From Octopus vulgaris (lineage: Eukaryota): DNA of 64,000 bases. The translations under genes were made by a program, and so were the position numbers. A model generated the notes under the pieces. That model made no database searches, had not been told where the DNA came from, and was given only the letters and a program-made list of their open reading frames with translations. Every line of letters begins with the position of its first letter. The first letter of the stretch is position 1. The stretch lies in NCBI GenBank assembly GCA_951406725.2, contig OX597826.1:36270001-36334000 (forward strand). Reading direction: 5' to 3'. Shown here one piece after another: positions 40,651-53,360 of this stretch.

Positions 40651-42227
40651 CTTATCTTAAACTTGGTTTACTCTCAGTTATTTTCAAATCAAGATTAAAA
40701 TCTAGATTTCATTTCGTATCTTGAACCTACATTAAATATTATGCTACAGTTTATTATCTCGAAACTAAGTTTAAATTTGGATTACAACCAATTGAAAATC
40801 TAGTTAATGGTCAGTTAACTTTCAACTGACATAAAAAGAAAGGTTTATTAGTTGCAATAAATGTAAATCTGAGCCTAAGTCTGGTAACGGTTATTTTTAG
40901 TAAATCTAAGTCAAATACTCAGAATCCAAGAAAAATGTAGAATATTCTAGATTGACCATAATTGTTTTCCTCTCTTATATTTTATATCCCAAAGTTGTTG
41001 CTATTGTTGTTTAAGCATAGGTCAGGTTGATTTAACAGATCTTTGAGGAAACACATTCCATCTACATCCATCTTGTCTTCTTATGTGCAGGAAATTAAGG
41101 AATGTGTTATCCAATGTGTTTTAGTCTAAAATATTAGGTGTCCTTTGAGGGAGGTTTTGTTGCTATTTCTATCAGGTCAAATGACTGCATGATTGCACAG
41201 AGGTGCCCACATTGCTTCATTTCAACAGAATGTGTGAACAAGTGTATTATTGGTGGCAGATTCTCAGAGATCCAGTCACAAGTTCACTGACCTGACCTTC
41301 AAGGAGAAAGAACGACTGGGGTTTATTTGTAACTCAGCACAGAATAAGTATCACAAAGGAATTCATTTGGAAATAAAATCCAAATTTGACCATTTGACCA
41401 CGAGAAGATGATAACAATTCAAACTTTTTAATACATACCATCTTCTGGTTTTAGATGAGGTGACCTTAAGCTTAAATACCAAGTTGACTTTCTTAACATA
41501 TTAGTAGCAGTGTGACTATTGGTGCCGGTATGCAGGTGTTGTATGTGGTTGTTCTTTTGGCATTAGCTGTAGAATTATTGGTGTTTTTTGGCACCAGACT
41601 ACTTGGACTTTACAATGCAAATTGCTTAACACATTCTTAACAGCATTAGTTGCTAAATCATGATTTTTCTATGGGTGGATGCCACTCTTAATGCCAACCA
41701 TTTAACAGAGCTTATATTTTATTTTAAGGACTCATGGCACCAGCAAACAGAATGGAAAAGGTGTTGTCCCAGACGATAGCAAAAGGAGGTGCACTGGAAC
41801 AGACCATCATATATAATTATGTGTAATTAAGCCTTTATACAGTTTGCTCAAGTATTTTCCCTTAGTAATAATCTCCATGAAGGTACAATAGGAGTAGAGA
41901 ACACAAGAAAGGTGAGAAAAAAGAAGAAATTTAAAGCAAGCTGGAGCATCTGAATGAAGGAGATGGCAAGAGTCTGAGAAATGTGTTACATGAGAGCTCA
42001 TCTGTTGGCATATGTAGGTGAGGGACTTTACACCTATTAATCTATTAGTTGAATAGAGAGGGTTGCAGAATAGATTTTTTAAAAATAAACCGAACTTCTT
42101 TTATTGAGGAGATATTTCTATACTCAGTCAGATTCTGAATCAACCTAAAGAATTCTGCCAATACTGCTTAATTTTGTTTCTTACAGGTTCATTTCAAGGT
42201 GTTTCTGACACATTCAGGAAACAGTCA

Positions 42228-42790
42228 TTATTTATTGTCCACAGCGAGCTAAACATAGAGGGGACGAACAAGGACAGATAAAGGGATTAAGTCGATTACA
42301 TCAACCCTAGGGCATAACTGGTACTTATTTAATCGACTCCAAAAAAGATGAAAGGCAAAATTGAATTTGAACCCAGAACTTAATGGCAGACGAAATACTG
42401 CTAAACATTTCGCCCAGCATGCTAACGATTCTGCCAGCTCACCACCCTACATTCATGAAATATTGTCAAAGCTAGCAGAATCTCAAGTTCCCTTCTTTCT
42501 TTTTTTATTATTCTTACATAGACTTTCACAGATTTGTGAAAAGCAGATAATATATATGTTTTAAACATTAGCTAAACCATTTTAACTGCATGAGTGGAAT
42601 ATTGTTTTCAAGTTTTGACACAAGACTAGCCATTTGAGTAGAGGTGGAGGGGGGTGTAAGGCAATTACATTGACCCCAGTGTTCAACTGGTACTTCTTTT
42701 ATCAACCCCAAAAGAATGAAAGGCAAATTCGACCTTGGTGAAATTTGAACTCAAGAAATCATGAAATGCTACCAGGCAGTTTATTGCCTT
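42228..42790 (-). mobile_element. Two SINE family B copies (42228-42447, 42610-42790)
   Basis: aactggtactt..atcgac..gatgaaaggcaaa..aatttgaac motifs. Confidence 0.7.
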
Positions 42791-43836
42791 ATCGTGGAAT
42801 ATTAAAATATATGCTTTTTTTTAATATATTTTAATATTTATTCCACATCATTTGTGGTCCACCTTCATCTAAAACCTTAAGCAGCAGCTTACTGGGATTA
42901 TCTATTAATCCAGGCTAAAAATTACATAAACTTTGTTTGCCAAATCAGGATGCCAAACTAAATATATGTCTATTATAGAATATACAGTTTTGTATATAGA
43001 AGACGATGTTCTATCACCAACAAATATTTCTAAATTTATTCGATCACCAATGAGTTGTGACATTCTTTTACTTCTAATTACACGGAGACGGCAATGTAAA
43101 AGGATTTAGAAATTAGGAATGGTAAACACAGCAATATGTCTTCACATTAGCTGGAATGGAAAGACAAATGTCTATGGGTGTAAAAACTAAATTGACGGAG
43201 CATGAAATGATTGCTAGATGTGATAGATATTGTTAAATCAAAACAAATAGATGACATGGCGCTGATGTGATTTTACAACTGTTTGCAACAGACTCAGAGA
43301 ATCTTGTCTATCGTCTATATTGATTTGTCTGATAAATATTTCTTTAAGATAACTAAACTGAGAGAATTTTTACAGATTTTCCTCTTTTTCTGTGCCTACA
43401 AAATAAGTAAATGAAGAAAAAAAAACAGTAAAAATAAAATAAAAGGTAAAATAAATAAAAATTGTTTTGTTTGTGAAGTAAATGCAGTTGTTATAAAAAA
43501 ACATGACTTTCTGTTTTAAAAACATTGTTTTGTCTTTTGATGATATTTTTTCCCTTAGTTTTATAAATGAGACTGCAGCAGATTATATATTCACTTTCCT
43601 CCCAAGTTAATGCATGTGTGTGTTTGTGATCTGCAAGTGTGTGTGTGTGTGTGTGTGTACATCTCTGTGAAGTGTTATTTATTTGATAAATAGGTGAGCT
43701 GCCATCACTCCATCACTCATACATCAATCTACATGGCACACTATATGTATATTCAGATTTAATGAGACCTAAACACACATTGACATAGATGCATGTATAC
43801 ACACACACACACACACACAGACACACACACACATAT

Positions 43837-43876
<40 letters not shown>

Positions 43877-43971
43877 TCCCCACTTAAACAAGCACATACA
43901 CAAATATGCATATACGTACATAGAAACATATATATACTGGTGCACTGTTGTACCAGTATTCTATATTTTCA

Positions 43972-44022
<51 letters not shown>

Positions 44023-44023
<1 letters not shown>

Positions 44024-44708
44024 ATAAAAGATCAGGGGTAAGACCAAAACAATACGAAGTAAATGCAACGTAAATAAAAAAAAAACAAATATGTGAATTA
44101 ATGTAGACAAGACCCGTTGAGGCAAGTGAGGATCAGAATGGAAATCAATCAATGGAAATTGCAGATGTGTTACCAGTGCCGGTGGCATGTAAGAGAACCT
44201 TCCGTTTCGCGACCGTTGCCAGCACTGCCCCATTTTGTGTCCGTTGCCAGCCTCGCCTGGCCCTTGTGCCGGTGACACATAAAAAGCACCATCCATTCGT
44301 GGCCGTTTGCCAGCTCTGTCTGGCACCTGTGCGGGTGGCACGTAAAAAGCACCTACTACACTCACGGAGTGGTTGGCGTTAGGAAGGGCATCCAGCCGTA
44401 GAAACACTGCCAGATTTGACTGGGCCTGATGAAGCCTTCTGGCTTCACAGACCCCAGTAGAACCGTCCAACCCATGCTAGCATGAAAAACGGACGCTAAA
44501 CGACGATGATGATGATGATGATACCTTGTATTCAATATTTTGGGGTTATGACCCCATTTTCAAGAAATTGATAATGTCAATTTCTCCAAAGTGGGGTCAA
44601 AATATTGAATATAAGGTATGTCTACATTAATTCACATATTTGTTTTCTTGTGATTTACCTTGCATTTACTTCGCATTGTTTTGGCCTTACCCACGATCTT
44701 TTATATAA
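44023..44708. repeat. ~270-bp foldback palindrome interrupted by a retroposon at 44110-44520
   Basis: tataaaagatc..aatatgtgaattaatgtagac | atacctt..aaggtatgtctacattaattcacatatt..gatcttttata. Confidence 0.85.
44110..44520 (+). mobile_element. RTE-associated 3' region with (GAT)n tail
   Basis: Near-identical reverse complement of 1015-1420; ends aaaacggacgctaaacgacgatgatgat. Confidence 0.8.
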
Positions 44709-44751
44709 TATATTCTAAACAATGCTTCACAGTAATTATTCCATAATTATT

Positions 44752-44785
<34 letters not shown>

Positions 44786-44853
44786 TATATATATTAATAA
44801 GGAGTAAATCTTTTTTCTAGCAGGTTGGCACCTTTGTGCACCCTTATGATATA

Positions 44854-44907
<54 letters not shown>

Positions 44908-45827
44908 TATACATATATATACTCCATATAAATATACATGTATATATACCTAAATATACATACATATATATTGATAAATATATATATATTCACATAAACA
45001 TATGCTTACAAAAATATATACATGCACATGCAAACACACACAAACACAAATACATAACTAACCCTAAAAGAACTTCCTAACTTAAAGATATAAAGTTGAC
45101 AATAATAGTGGCATGTGCATGTGTGTGGATGGGTATTTTTGTGTGGTTCTTCTGGGCCTTTCTTTTAAGCATGTGTGCATGTTCGATTGACACTATTATT
45201 TTAAAGCACTTAAGAATAAGAACTGAGTATTTACTGATGCTGAGAGTCTGTAATGGAGATGAGTTTAATTCATTGAGAAGAGCAAGGTGATTGGAAGTTC
45301 ACCTTGATATTCACAACACACACACACACAGACTTGTAATACATACTTACACACACACATACACACACACATATGTATATGTTTGTGTGTCTGTGTTTGT
45401 CCCCACCATCACTTGAAAACCAATGTTGGTGCGTTTACGTCTCCATAACTTAGCGGTTCGGCAAAAAGAGGACGGGTAGAAATGTACTAGGCTTGCAAAG
45501 AATAAGTCCTGGGGTCAATTCTCTTGACTAAAATGGTGGTCCAGCATGGCCACAGCCAAATGTCTGAAACAAGTAAAAGAATAAAAGAATATAAATACAT
45601 ATGTATATTTGTTTATATATATTTATATATATTTATATATACATGTGTGTGTGTGTACATATAAACATACATATATACATAAATACACACACACATACGT
45701 GTATATATATTCTTTTGAAGCCAGTGTAACTTAAAAGAGAGAAGTATAAGTGATCGCATGCATGTTAGTATATACACGGAATTAAATATATGTATTTGTA
45801 TGTACACATTACAATTATAATTGTAAT

Positions 45828-45964
45828 ATCATCATCATCATCATCGTTTAGCGTCCGTTTTCCATGCTAGCATGGGTTGGACGGTGCATGGGTTGGACGG
45901 TGCATGGGTTGGACGGTGCATGGGTTGGACGGTGCATGGGTTGGACGGTGCATGGGTTGGATGG
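45828..45964 (-). mobile_element. RTE tail tip with six tandem 16-bp units (gcatgggttggacggt)
   Basis: Units start at 45870, 45886, 45902, 45918, 45934 and 45950. Confidence 0.85.
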
Positions 45965-46089
45965 AAATATATTAATATTTATAAAGATTGGAATATATAT
46001 TTACGTATACAAAGTTTAAATGTATGTATATTTTCATATGTACTTTGATATTTTGATAGATTTCAGCTAGTATTGACCCAGGCCATGTC

Positions 46090-46462
46090 TAACTTAATAG
46101 CATCACCTGGCAAAGTAGTTCAAATCAGGAATCAGACAACATGGCCCACTCAAGAAGAGAGTTATTGTTTCTGGAGACATATCTGGGTGTAGGAGGTTTA
46201 TCAGGGATTTTTTGAAAGAATTTATCCAAAGACCTCTTGAACTTTATGGGGTCTGTCTCTGCTTTAATGTGTTTGGTGTAATGTTAAAAAGAGTGGGGCC
46301 TATTTAGGTGAAATAATTGTGCCGTATTGTTGTTATGTGATGCAAGTATGATTTATGTTGTCGGCGGATAGCACAGGTTTTAAGTCTTGGGTGTATCTTA
46401 AAGGCAATGCCAGCATCACTTGGGTAATGCTGATGGAATATTTTCCACATCATACAACTGAT
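46090..46462 (-). mobile_element. CR1-clade LINE 3' end
   Basis: MMWKIFHQH..HPRL..HNYFT*IGPTLFNI / KFKRSLDKFFQKIPDKPPTPRYVSRNNNSLLEWA. Confidence 0.75.
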
Positions 46463-46649
46463 ACCACTTGAAATCTATATTTGTGTCTACAAAATTTCAA
46501 TGGATCTATATTTGTATATACACAGATTGAAATATATGTTTGTATGAATAAAGTTTAAATGCATGTGTTTGTATATACACATAATGAAATGTACATTTGT
46601 ATATACAACACTTAAATCCCAAAGAATGTACAGAAATTATTGCTGGATG

Positions 46650-47340
46650 CTATGCAGGCATCTTTACAGTCGAAGATCAAACTGTTCCATCTCCATCACC
46701 TCTGATGCTGGACTCTATAACTACTATGAAATTTACACCAGCAATGCTGCAATGCCACCTTAAGAATAAATGTAATTATGCCTCTCCTGGTCTCGATGGT
46801 GTTACATACCTACTTCTCAAACACGGTGGGTACTTTCTTCTGAACCAACTTTCACTATTCTTTCAATTCTGTCTTGACAATGGTGTTACTTCCCTGGGCA
46901 TGGATACATTGAAACTCCGACGTCTGGCAACTGACTCGGCAGACACCCATAAAGTTATTAACCATCTTACTAACAATAACTCTGAACACCTTTTCAAATT
47001 CCACCTGTTTAACACCCATAGACATGTTTACAAAGTCAAAAAACAGTACAGCTCCCATGACTTTCAGAAACGTTTTTTCACGCTAAGGGTTGCTGAAGTA
47101 TGGAACAAACTGCTGGCATCAGTTGTTAGTTGTCAGAGCACTGCATCCTTCAAAACTTCCATGCTTCCTGAGATTCGCCAACACTACACCTGATTTTCTC
47201 CCCTCCATATACATACAGCCATGTATCTGACTCATACACTGTTCACTTCCCAGACATTTGTACATTACTGCATATGCTTTACACACACTTTTGACAAGTT
47301 GTGGTGCACCTGAGCAATGTACACAATAATTTCATTATAA
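46650..47340 (+). mobile_element. CR1/L2-clade LINE ORF2 derivative with the RT core deleted
   Basis: Pre-RT SPGLDGVTYLLLK..LSLFFQFCLDNGV is joined in frame to the C-terminal LGMDTLKLRRL..RFFTLRVAEVWNKLLASVV..ASFK. Confidence 0.8.
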
Positions 47341-48172
47341 CATTACTATTATAAATGTACGTATATTTATATGATGAAGTATAACTGTATGCATGCTTGT
47401 GTATATACAAAACGAAACATATATATTTATATATACAACTTTTAAATGTATATACATGAATTAGTAGCTGTATCCGTGTTTCAGCTATGTTCAACAAAAC
47501 AACGGAAATAATGAAAATAATGAGTTAAAAAAATGAAAACGAAACATAAAATTAAAATATTTATGATTCCAAAATGCATTTATTTTCTCATTTATTGTTC
47601 TTTGAAGTGAATTCTTCTTCTTCTTTTACAGTTGTCAGTGTTCATCTTTCAACAACGTTGTACTTTTAAGTCCTATTTCTCTATGCTTATCTCTGGTAAT
47701 ACTCTTCAGCTTTTGTTCTCTTTGTCTTCGGTTTTATTGCATTGTTTTAATTCCATTCTTAGTTTTTTTCTATTTGCGAATTCACTTCTTATATTTTCTG
47801 CTCCCATTTTTCTTTTAGATTTATTTATCAGGATCTTGGTTCTTCACTTAATTCTCATCTTATTTTCGTGTTTAGGTATATTTTTGTCTCTTCATCTTTT
47901 GTGATATATTCAGTTCCTGATTATTGCTTTTTCTTGTTATTTTCCATCTTTGGACACAGACTCGATTCTTAGTGCTTCTGCTTTTATTCTTTGTTGTTCA
48001 TTTTCTAGCAATGGCATCATTATAATAGCATGAAGTCCTGTTAAAGATGTCTCTGTCCAAGAATATATTGGAGTCACTCCTCAATATATTGGCTGCTATG
48101 TGATCACTAATTATGGCCTCAAGGTAATTGGAATTTACATATTTATATATGTGTGTGTATGTGAGTATATAT

Positions 48173-48231
<59 letters not shown>

Positions 48232-49223
48232 CATACATACACATACATAAATATTTGTACACATATATATATACGCACACACTACAGTCTCACACACAAT
48301 ACACAGTTATACACATTCACACACACATACATATTTGTTATGAGTGACAGAAGCAGTATTAGTCCAAAGTAGCAATCTATATATAATACTTAAAGCAGTA
48401 CATCGTTGAAAGCTTGCTGAACTGTGCAAACACATTACAAGTTAACATCTCTTATAGATGTATAATACTACAAAACACATGCACATAATGCAGTTGCTGT
48501 CAGCGTGGTGTGATGCAAGATACATATTAGAAAATTCTGGAAATATTGTTTGCAGAGTTATTGTATAACAAAAGGGGAAGCTGCGAATTATTTCTAATTT
48601 TCTGCCTGAAGAATCTCTAAAAGGAAATTCCTTACATGTCCATCTAACATGTAATTCTTTGTAATTCCTATTTGCAAATGAAACATGTGTAATGGAAAAT
48701 AAATAATAACAAAAATTCTCCAACTTCTTGTTTTATGTATCTATATTGCTGTATTTATGTGTGTGTGTGTCCGTGTGTATGTGTGTGTGTGTGAGAGAGA
48801 GAGAGGAAAAAAGAGAAGAAGAGAGGCAGGGAGAGAGAAAATGAGATGAAGACAGTTGACGGAAAGTGTAGTCATTTGAAATTTTATAGCAGTAGTAATT
48901 GCTTGCATTTAAATCCAGTTCTATAACAAGGAACCTAGTTATTGCAAGGGTCAGGTCTTAACCAAATTCATAAATATGTCTACTAAATATTTTCATCTTG
49001 AATTTACTAGTCTTTATTTGTTAAGAATCCTGAGAAATTGTAATTGATTCTGTTTCTAAGAATGGTGAAAACAAATCGCTCTACATGATTTTACATCTCT
49101 GTAGCATCTGAGATCTCCAAAGAATTACCAGACAAAGAGACACCTGCTTTCTTAACCCAGTATGAATGGTAATAGTGTAACAGTGACTTCGTAAAGGTTA
49201 ATTACTTTCCTAATAACAAGTTG

Positions 49224-49530
49224 AAGGCAAATGGCTCAGTGGTTATAGTGTCAGGCTCACAATCATGAGGTAATGAGTTCAATTCCCAGACTGGGCTGTG
49301 TATTGTGCTCTTGAGCAAGACACTTTATTTCATGTTCACTCAGCTGTAGAAATGAGTTGTGACGTCACAGTTTCCAAGCAGTATCGGCCTTTGCCTTTCC
49401 TTTGGATAACATCAGTGGTGTGGAGAGGGGAGGTTGGTATGCATGGGTGACTGCTGGTCACATGGGTGACTTGGAGGGTAACTTCCTAGGTGCAATACCG
49501 TGGTCATTCATGACTGAAGGGGCTCTTTAC
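49224..49530 (+). mobile_element. tRNA-derived CORE-like SINE
   Basis: tggctcagtggttatag..gagttcaattccc..cttgagcaagacacttt. Confidence 0.7.
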
Positions 49531-49639
49531 CAATCACAAATTGTAATAATTTATCTGCCAAGATCCAGGGATTTTAGGCTATAGAATTCAGATACAGATG
49601 TATAAAAGTGGGTTGAGTGAATTTATCATGGATCCAATA

Positions 49640-49890
49640 TTACAGCTTCATTGATTTACCCTCATGTTGCTTTTAATTTAGGGGTTGCAAGTTCCAGAAA
49701 GATGAATTCTTCAAGCCAGGCCAACCAGCAGCAGATCTACGAAAACAAGATCATGAATGTTGGATAACATAGTAAGAGTCTCACTGAGCCACACTTGGGA
49801 ATTCAACCAGAAATTGTAATAAAGGTTGTTTCAGATAGGACCCTATGGATGAAGTGCCTAAGGACTCTACACCCATGACCTTCCCATGAA
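49640..49890 (+). mobile_element. Decayed RTE LINE ORF 3' end
   Basis: ILQARPT..MLDNI / HLGIQPEIVIKVVSDRTLWMKCLRTLHP. Confidence 0.5.
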
Positions 49891-49906
49891 TAGTGGGTGG
49901 ATATGT

Positions 49907-49937
<31 letters not shown>

Positions 49938-50405
49938 ATGCGTAGATGGATGCATGGATGCATGGAATGAAGTAACAAAAATGTGTTGACAATTTCCGAA
50001 TTCACTTTAAAATGATTAATTAAACTAAAACTAGAATTGCAGGAAGAAAATTAGTCTTGTGGTTATTAAGAGTAATGTAAGGAGACCAGATAAGAAGCTG
50101 AGTGGTGTGGGCTTCCATTTTTCATAAAGCAAGGAATTCCTTTTGCTGTGATGTGTTTAATACTCTGTAGTGTGTATAACACTATATGGTATGTATGATA
50201 CTACATGGGACAGGGCTGTTTCTTTCGTAATAATGCTATTGTTTGCATCATGTTTAGTGTGTTTGATGATGGTAGTGTTGGACATTCTTACATGAAATTA
50301 TATTGAAAATATGTTGTGTCTGTATATATAAGTGTGTGTGTGTATACACATAAATATATATACACATGCATATATATTGATATATGTTTGTGTATATGTA
50401 TATAT

Positions 50406-50700
50406 GAAGGCATGTGGCTTAGTGATTAGGGTGTTGCACTCACAATCCAACAATTATGATTTCAATTCCTAGACCAGGTGATGTGTTGTGTTCTTGAGCA
50501 AAACACTTCCTCTCATGCTCCTCTACAATCGTTTCAACACCTGACATAAGATATACCAGACACCTGTTCAGACAACGTGGATTGGATGGAGAGAATGAGC
50601 TAATGTGTAGCACAAGCATTTGATCGCAATAAACAAATCATTTGTGCCGGTTGTTCAGCAAAAGCTGCTTTCTCATATATTGTCTTCAATAGAAGTGTCC
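50406..50700 (+). mobile_element. Decayed tRNA-derived SINE
   Basis: gaaggcatgtggcttagtgattaggg..tttcaattcc..ttcttgagcaaaacact. Confidence 0.6.
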
Positions 50701-50724
50701 ATCATATGTATATATGCTTAAATA

Positions 50725-50916
50725 TATCAATTAATAATGAAGGATACTACTTGTAGCACCAGTATGCTAAAGATAGCAGTCAAAACGACTCAAAATCACA
50801 ATTTTCATATGTACACAAGCTTGAACAAGGACGATTTTGCTGTGGTTTTGAGTGGTTTTGACTGCTATCTTTAGCATGCTGGTGCCACAAGGAGTACCCT
50901 TCATTATTAATTGATA
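50725..50916. repeat. Foldback hairpin with ~75-bp arms
   Basis: tatcaattaataatgaagg..atgctaaagatagcagtcaaaac / gttttgactgctatctttagcat..ccttcattattaattgata. Confidence 0.85.
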
Positions 50917-51714
50917 ATTTTGTCTTTATGGTTCTTTCATGCATGCTAGCCACTGATATTGTAAATTATTAACAATAATACCCCTATACATAATATATAT
51001 ATATATGTGTATATATATCTTTTACTCATTTCAGTCATTAGACTGCAGCCATGCTGGGGCACATCCATGTATCTGTCTGTCTGTCGTCTGTCAGGCAGTC
51101 TCTGTTTGTGTGTGTGTTTGTGCATATGTGTGTCTGTGTGTCAGTGAATCTATAAATAAGTATGAATATGCATGTATACAATGTTATGGAGAGAAAGTGA
51201 ATAAAAAATAGTTTGAAGCGTAAATAATGAATATATCAAAATAATAGTAGACATTACCATGTTTCCATAAACTGTCTGACTTAGCAACAAAAACTAAAGC
51301 CACAAGCTTCACCAGCCAGAATCCAGAATTAAATTAAGGTTGACCTGGTTTCCTTCAAATTAGATTTGCTCGCAATAACAATATCCAAAGATGTCAATAT
51401 TTTGTGAAACTTTAACAGAATTCAGTTCTTCCAAAGTTTTCTGCCATACTACACTGTAAAGGAAATCAACACGAACAGCCATGGCTATATTTGAAGTTCT
51501 CAATATTAGGTGTATGTCTAACCACAAGGCTCAGGTCTTGCTGCCTTGTGGTGGATTGAGAGCTTTAGTGAACCAGAGGAGTGAGAGCTCTTGGTAGGGT
51601 CTCCCCATGCTTGGAGAGATCAAAGGACAGAGGTTAGACTAATACTCTTTCTAGAGGGAAAAATAGGATGACATTGGGTCAGTGCACCTAAGAAGAAAAA
51701 AAGCAAAGTTGCAG

Positions 51715-51930
51715 AAATTTTGGTTTCAATTTTTGGCTCAAGGCCAGCAGCTTTGGGGAACAGGGGTTAAGTTGCTTAAATTGACCCCAGTACTCAACTG
51801 GTATTTATTTTATCGACCCTGAAAGGATGAAAGGCAAAGTCAACATCAACAGAATTTGAACTCAGAACCTTAAAGATGGACGAAATGCCATTAAGCTTTT
51901 TGCCGGACTTGCTAATGAGTCTGCTAGCTT
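51715..51930 (-). mobile_element. SINE family B
   Basis: aactggtatttattttatcgaccctgaaaggatgaaaggcaaagtc..aatttgaactcagaac. Confidence 0.75.
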
Positions 51931-52156
51931 GCAACCTTTCAAGGTTGCAGAAATATTGATGGCAGTCCAAAACCAACAAATCTTGGAAAGGAAAAGATAT
52001 CTCAGATTTGGAAACATTGAAGAAAAGTCATTGATGGCCTCTGATGGATTGGGAGCAAAGGACTTAAGTAAGTAAAACATTAATGAATGTACATTATTTA
52101 CATTATTTACATTATTTACATTCGACGGATATTTGTCCTCATCTTGTTTGTTGTTA

Positions 52157-52200
52157 ACACAACGTTTTGGCTGATATACCCTCCAGCCTTCTTCAGGTGT
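52157..52200 (-). ncRNA. Minimal hammerhead-like motif (G12 lost, probably by CpG decay)
   Basis: Minus strand: acac CTGAAGA a ggctg-gagggtatat-cagcc aAAA cgtt gtgt. AACGTT palindrome; stem I is acac/gtgt. Confidence 0.65.
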
Positions 52201-52299
52201 CTCGGGAAAATTTTGAATATAGAACTCTGCTATTGAATATAGAACTGTATTAATGAATGCATTTGGTGGTAAATATGTAATTCAGTTTAGATCATGGTT

Positions 52300-52530
52300 T
52301 CTTATAGAGATCTCCAAGTTCTTCTGTGGATGTGAAACAGAATCAGAAGAAATCCATTTCTAACAACTAAAGGAATTGGTCTGATTAAATCTCTTCAAGT
52401 CTGGCTTCATGGACAAGGTGACAATGAAACGGGATCGGTGATACTTCATGGTGGCATCGGATTTGGACTATGGCCTCAGACACAGAAATTGCTAAAAGAG
52501 TGATGATGATGATGGTGGTGGTGGTGGTGC
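52300..52530 (+). mobile_element. Decayed RTE-like 3' end with (TGA)n tail
   Basis: KELV*LNLFKSGFMDKVTMKRDR*, followed by gatgat repeats. Confidence 0.4.
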
Positions 52531-52759
52531 ATTATATCTTTTGTCATTTCTAGTTTACAAGTAGAGAAGAGAATACTCATTGCTCACAGACATCATCATC
52601 GTCATTGTCATTGCTGTGATCGCCATTATGCCTACTACCACCATACCCCCAATCATCATCACCATCATCCTCATTACTGTCGTCACCACCATCGTCAGCT
52701 CATGTGCTCACACACACACTCAAGCAAATATATACATGTAGAGAAAAAAGAGATAATGA

Positions 52760-52782
52760 GATAGATAGATAGACAGACAGAC

Positions 52783-52824
<42 letters not shown>

Positions 52825-52942
52825 GTAGATAGATATATATATAGAGAGATAAATGAATGGAGAAATAGAGAAATCGAAGAATGAGAGAGCAAAATGGAGA
52901 GAGGGGGAGAAAGAGACAGATAGATAAATAGATAGGTATATA

Positions 52943-53016
<74 letters not shown>

Positions 53017-53163
53017 AAGAAAGAAAAATAGATAGATAGATAGAGAGAGAGAGATAGAGAGATAAATGGATGGAGAAAAAAGAAATCGAAAGATGAGAGA
53101 GCAAAATGGAAAGAGGGGGAGAGAGAGCAGGGGAAAGAGAGACAGATAGATAAATAGATAGGC

Positions 53164-53218
<55 letters not shown>

Positions 53219-53360
53219 AAAAGTATAGACCGACAGACAGATAGAGAGAGAGAGAGAGAGAAAGTATGAGAGAGAGAATGAGAGAGAATGCATAGAGACA
53301 GAAATAGATAGAGAGATTAGGAAAGATAAAATGACAGGGAAAGAGAGAGAGATAGAGAAA
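52760..53360. repeat. (GATA)n/(GA)n/(TA)n compound tract with internal duplication
   Basis: Directly visible. Confidence 0.9.

Noticed and set aside
44426-44450. CTGATGA agcc-ttct-ggct
   Set aside because: No GAAA follows, and other family copies read ctggtgcagcc.
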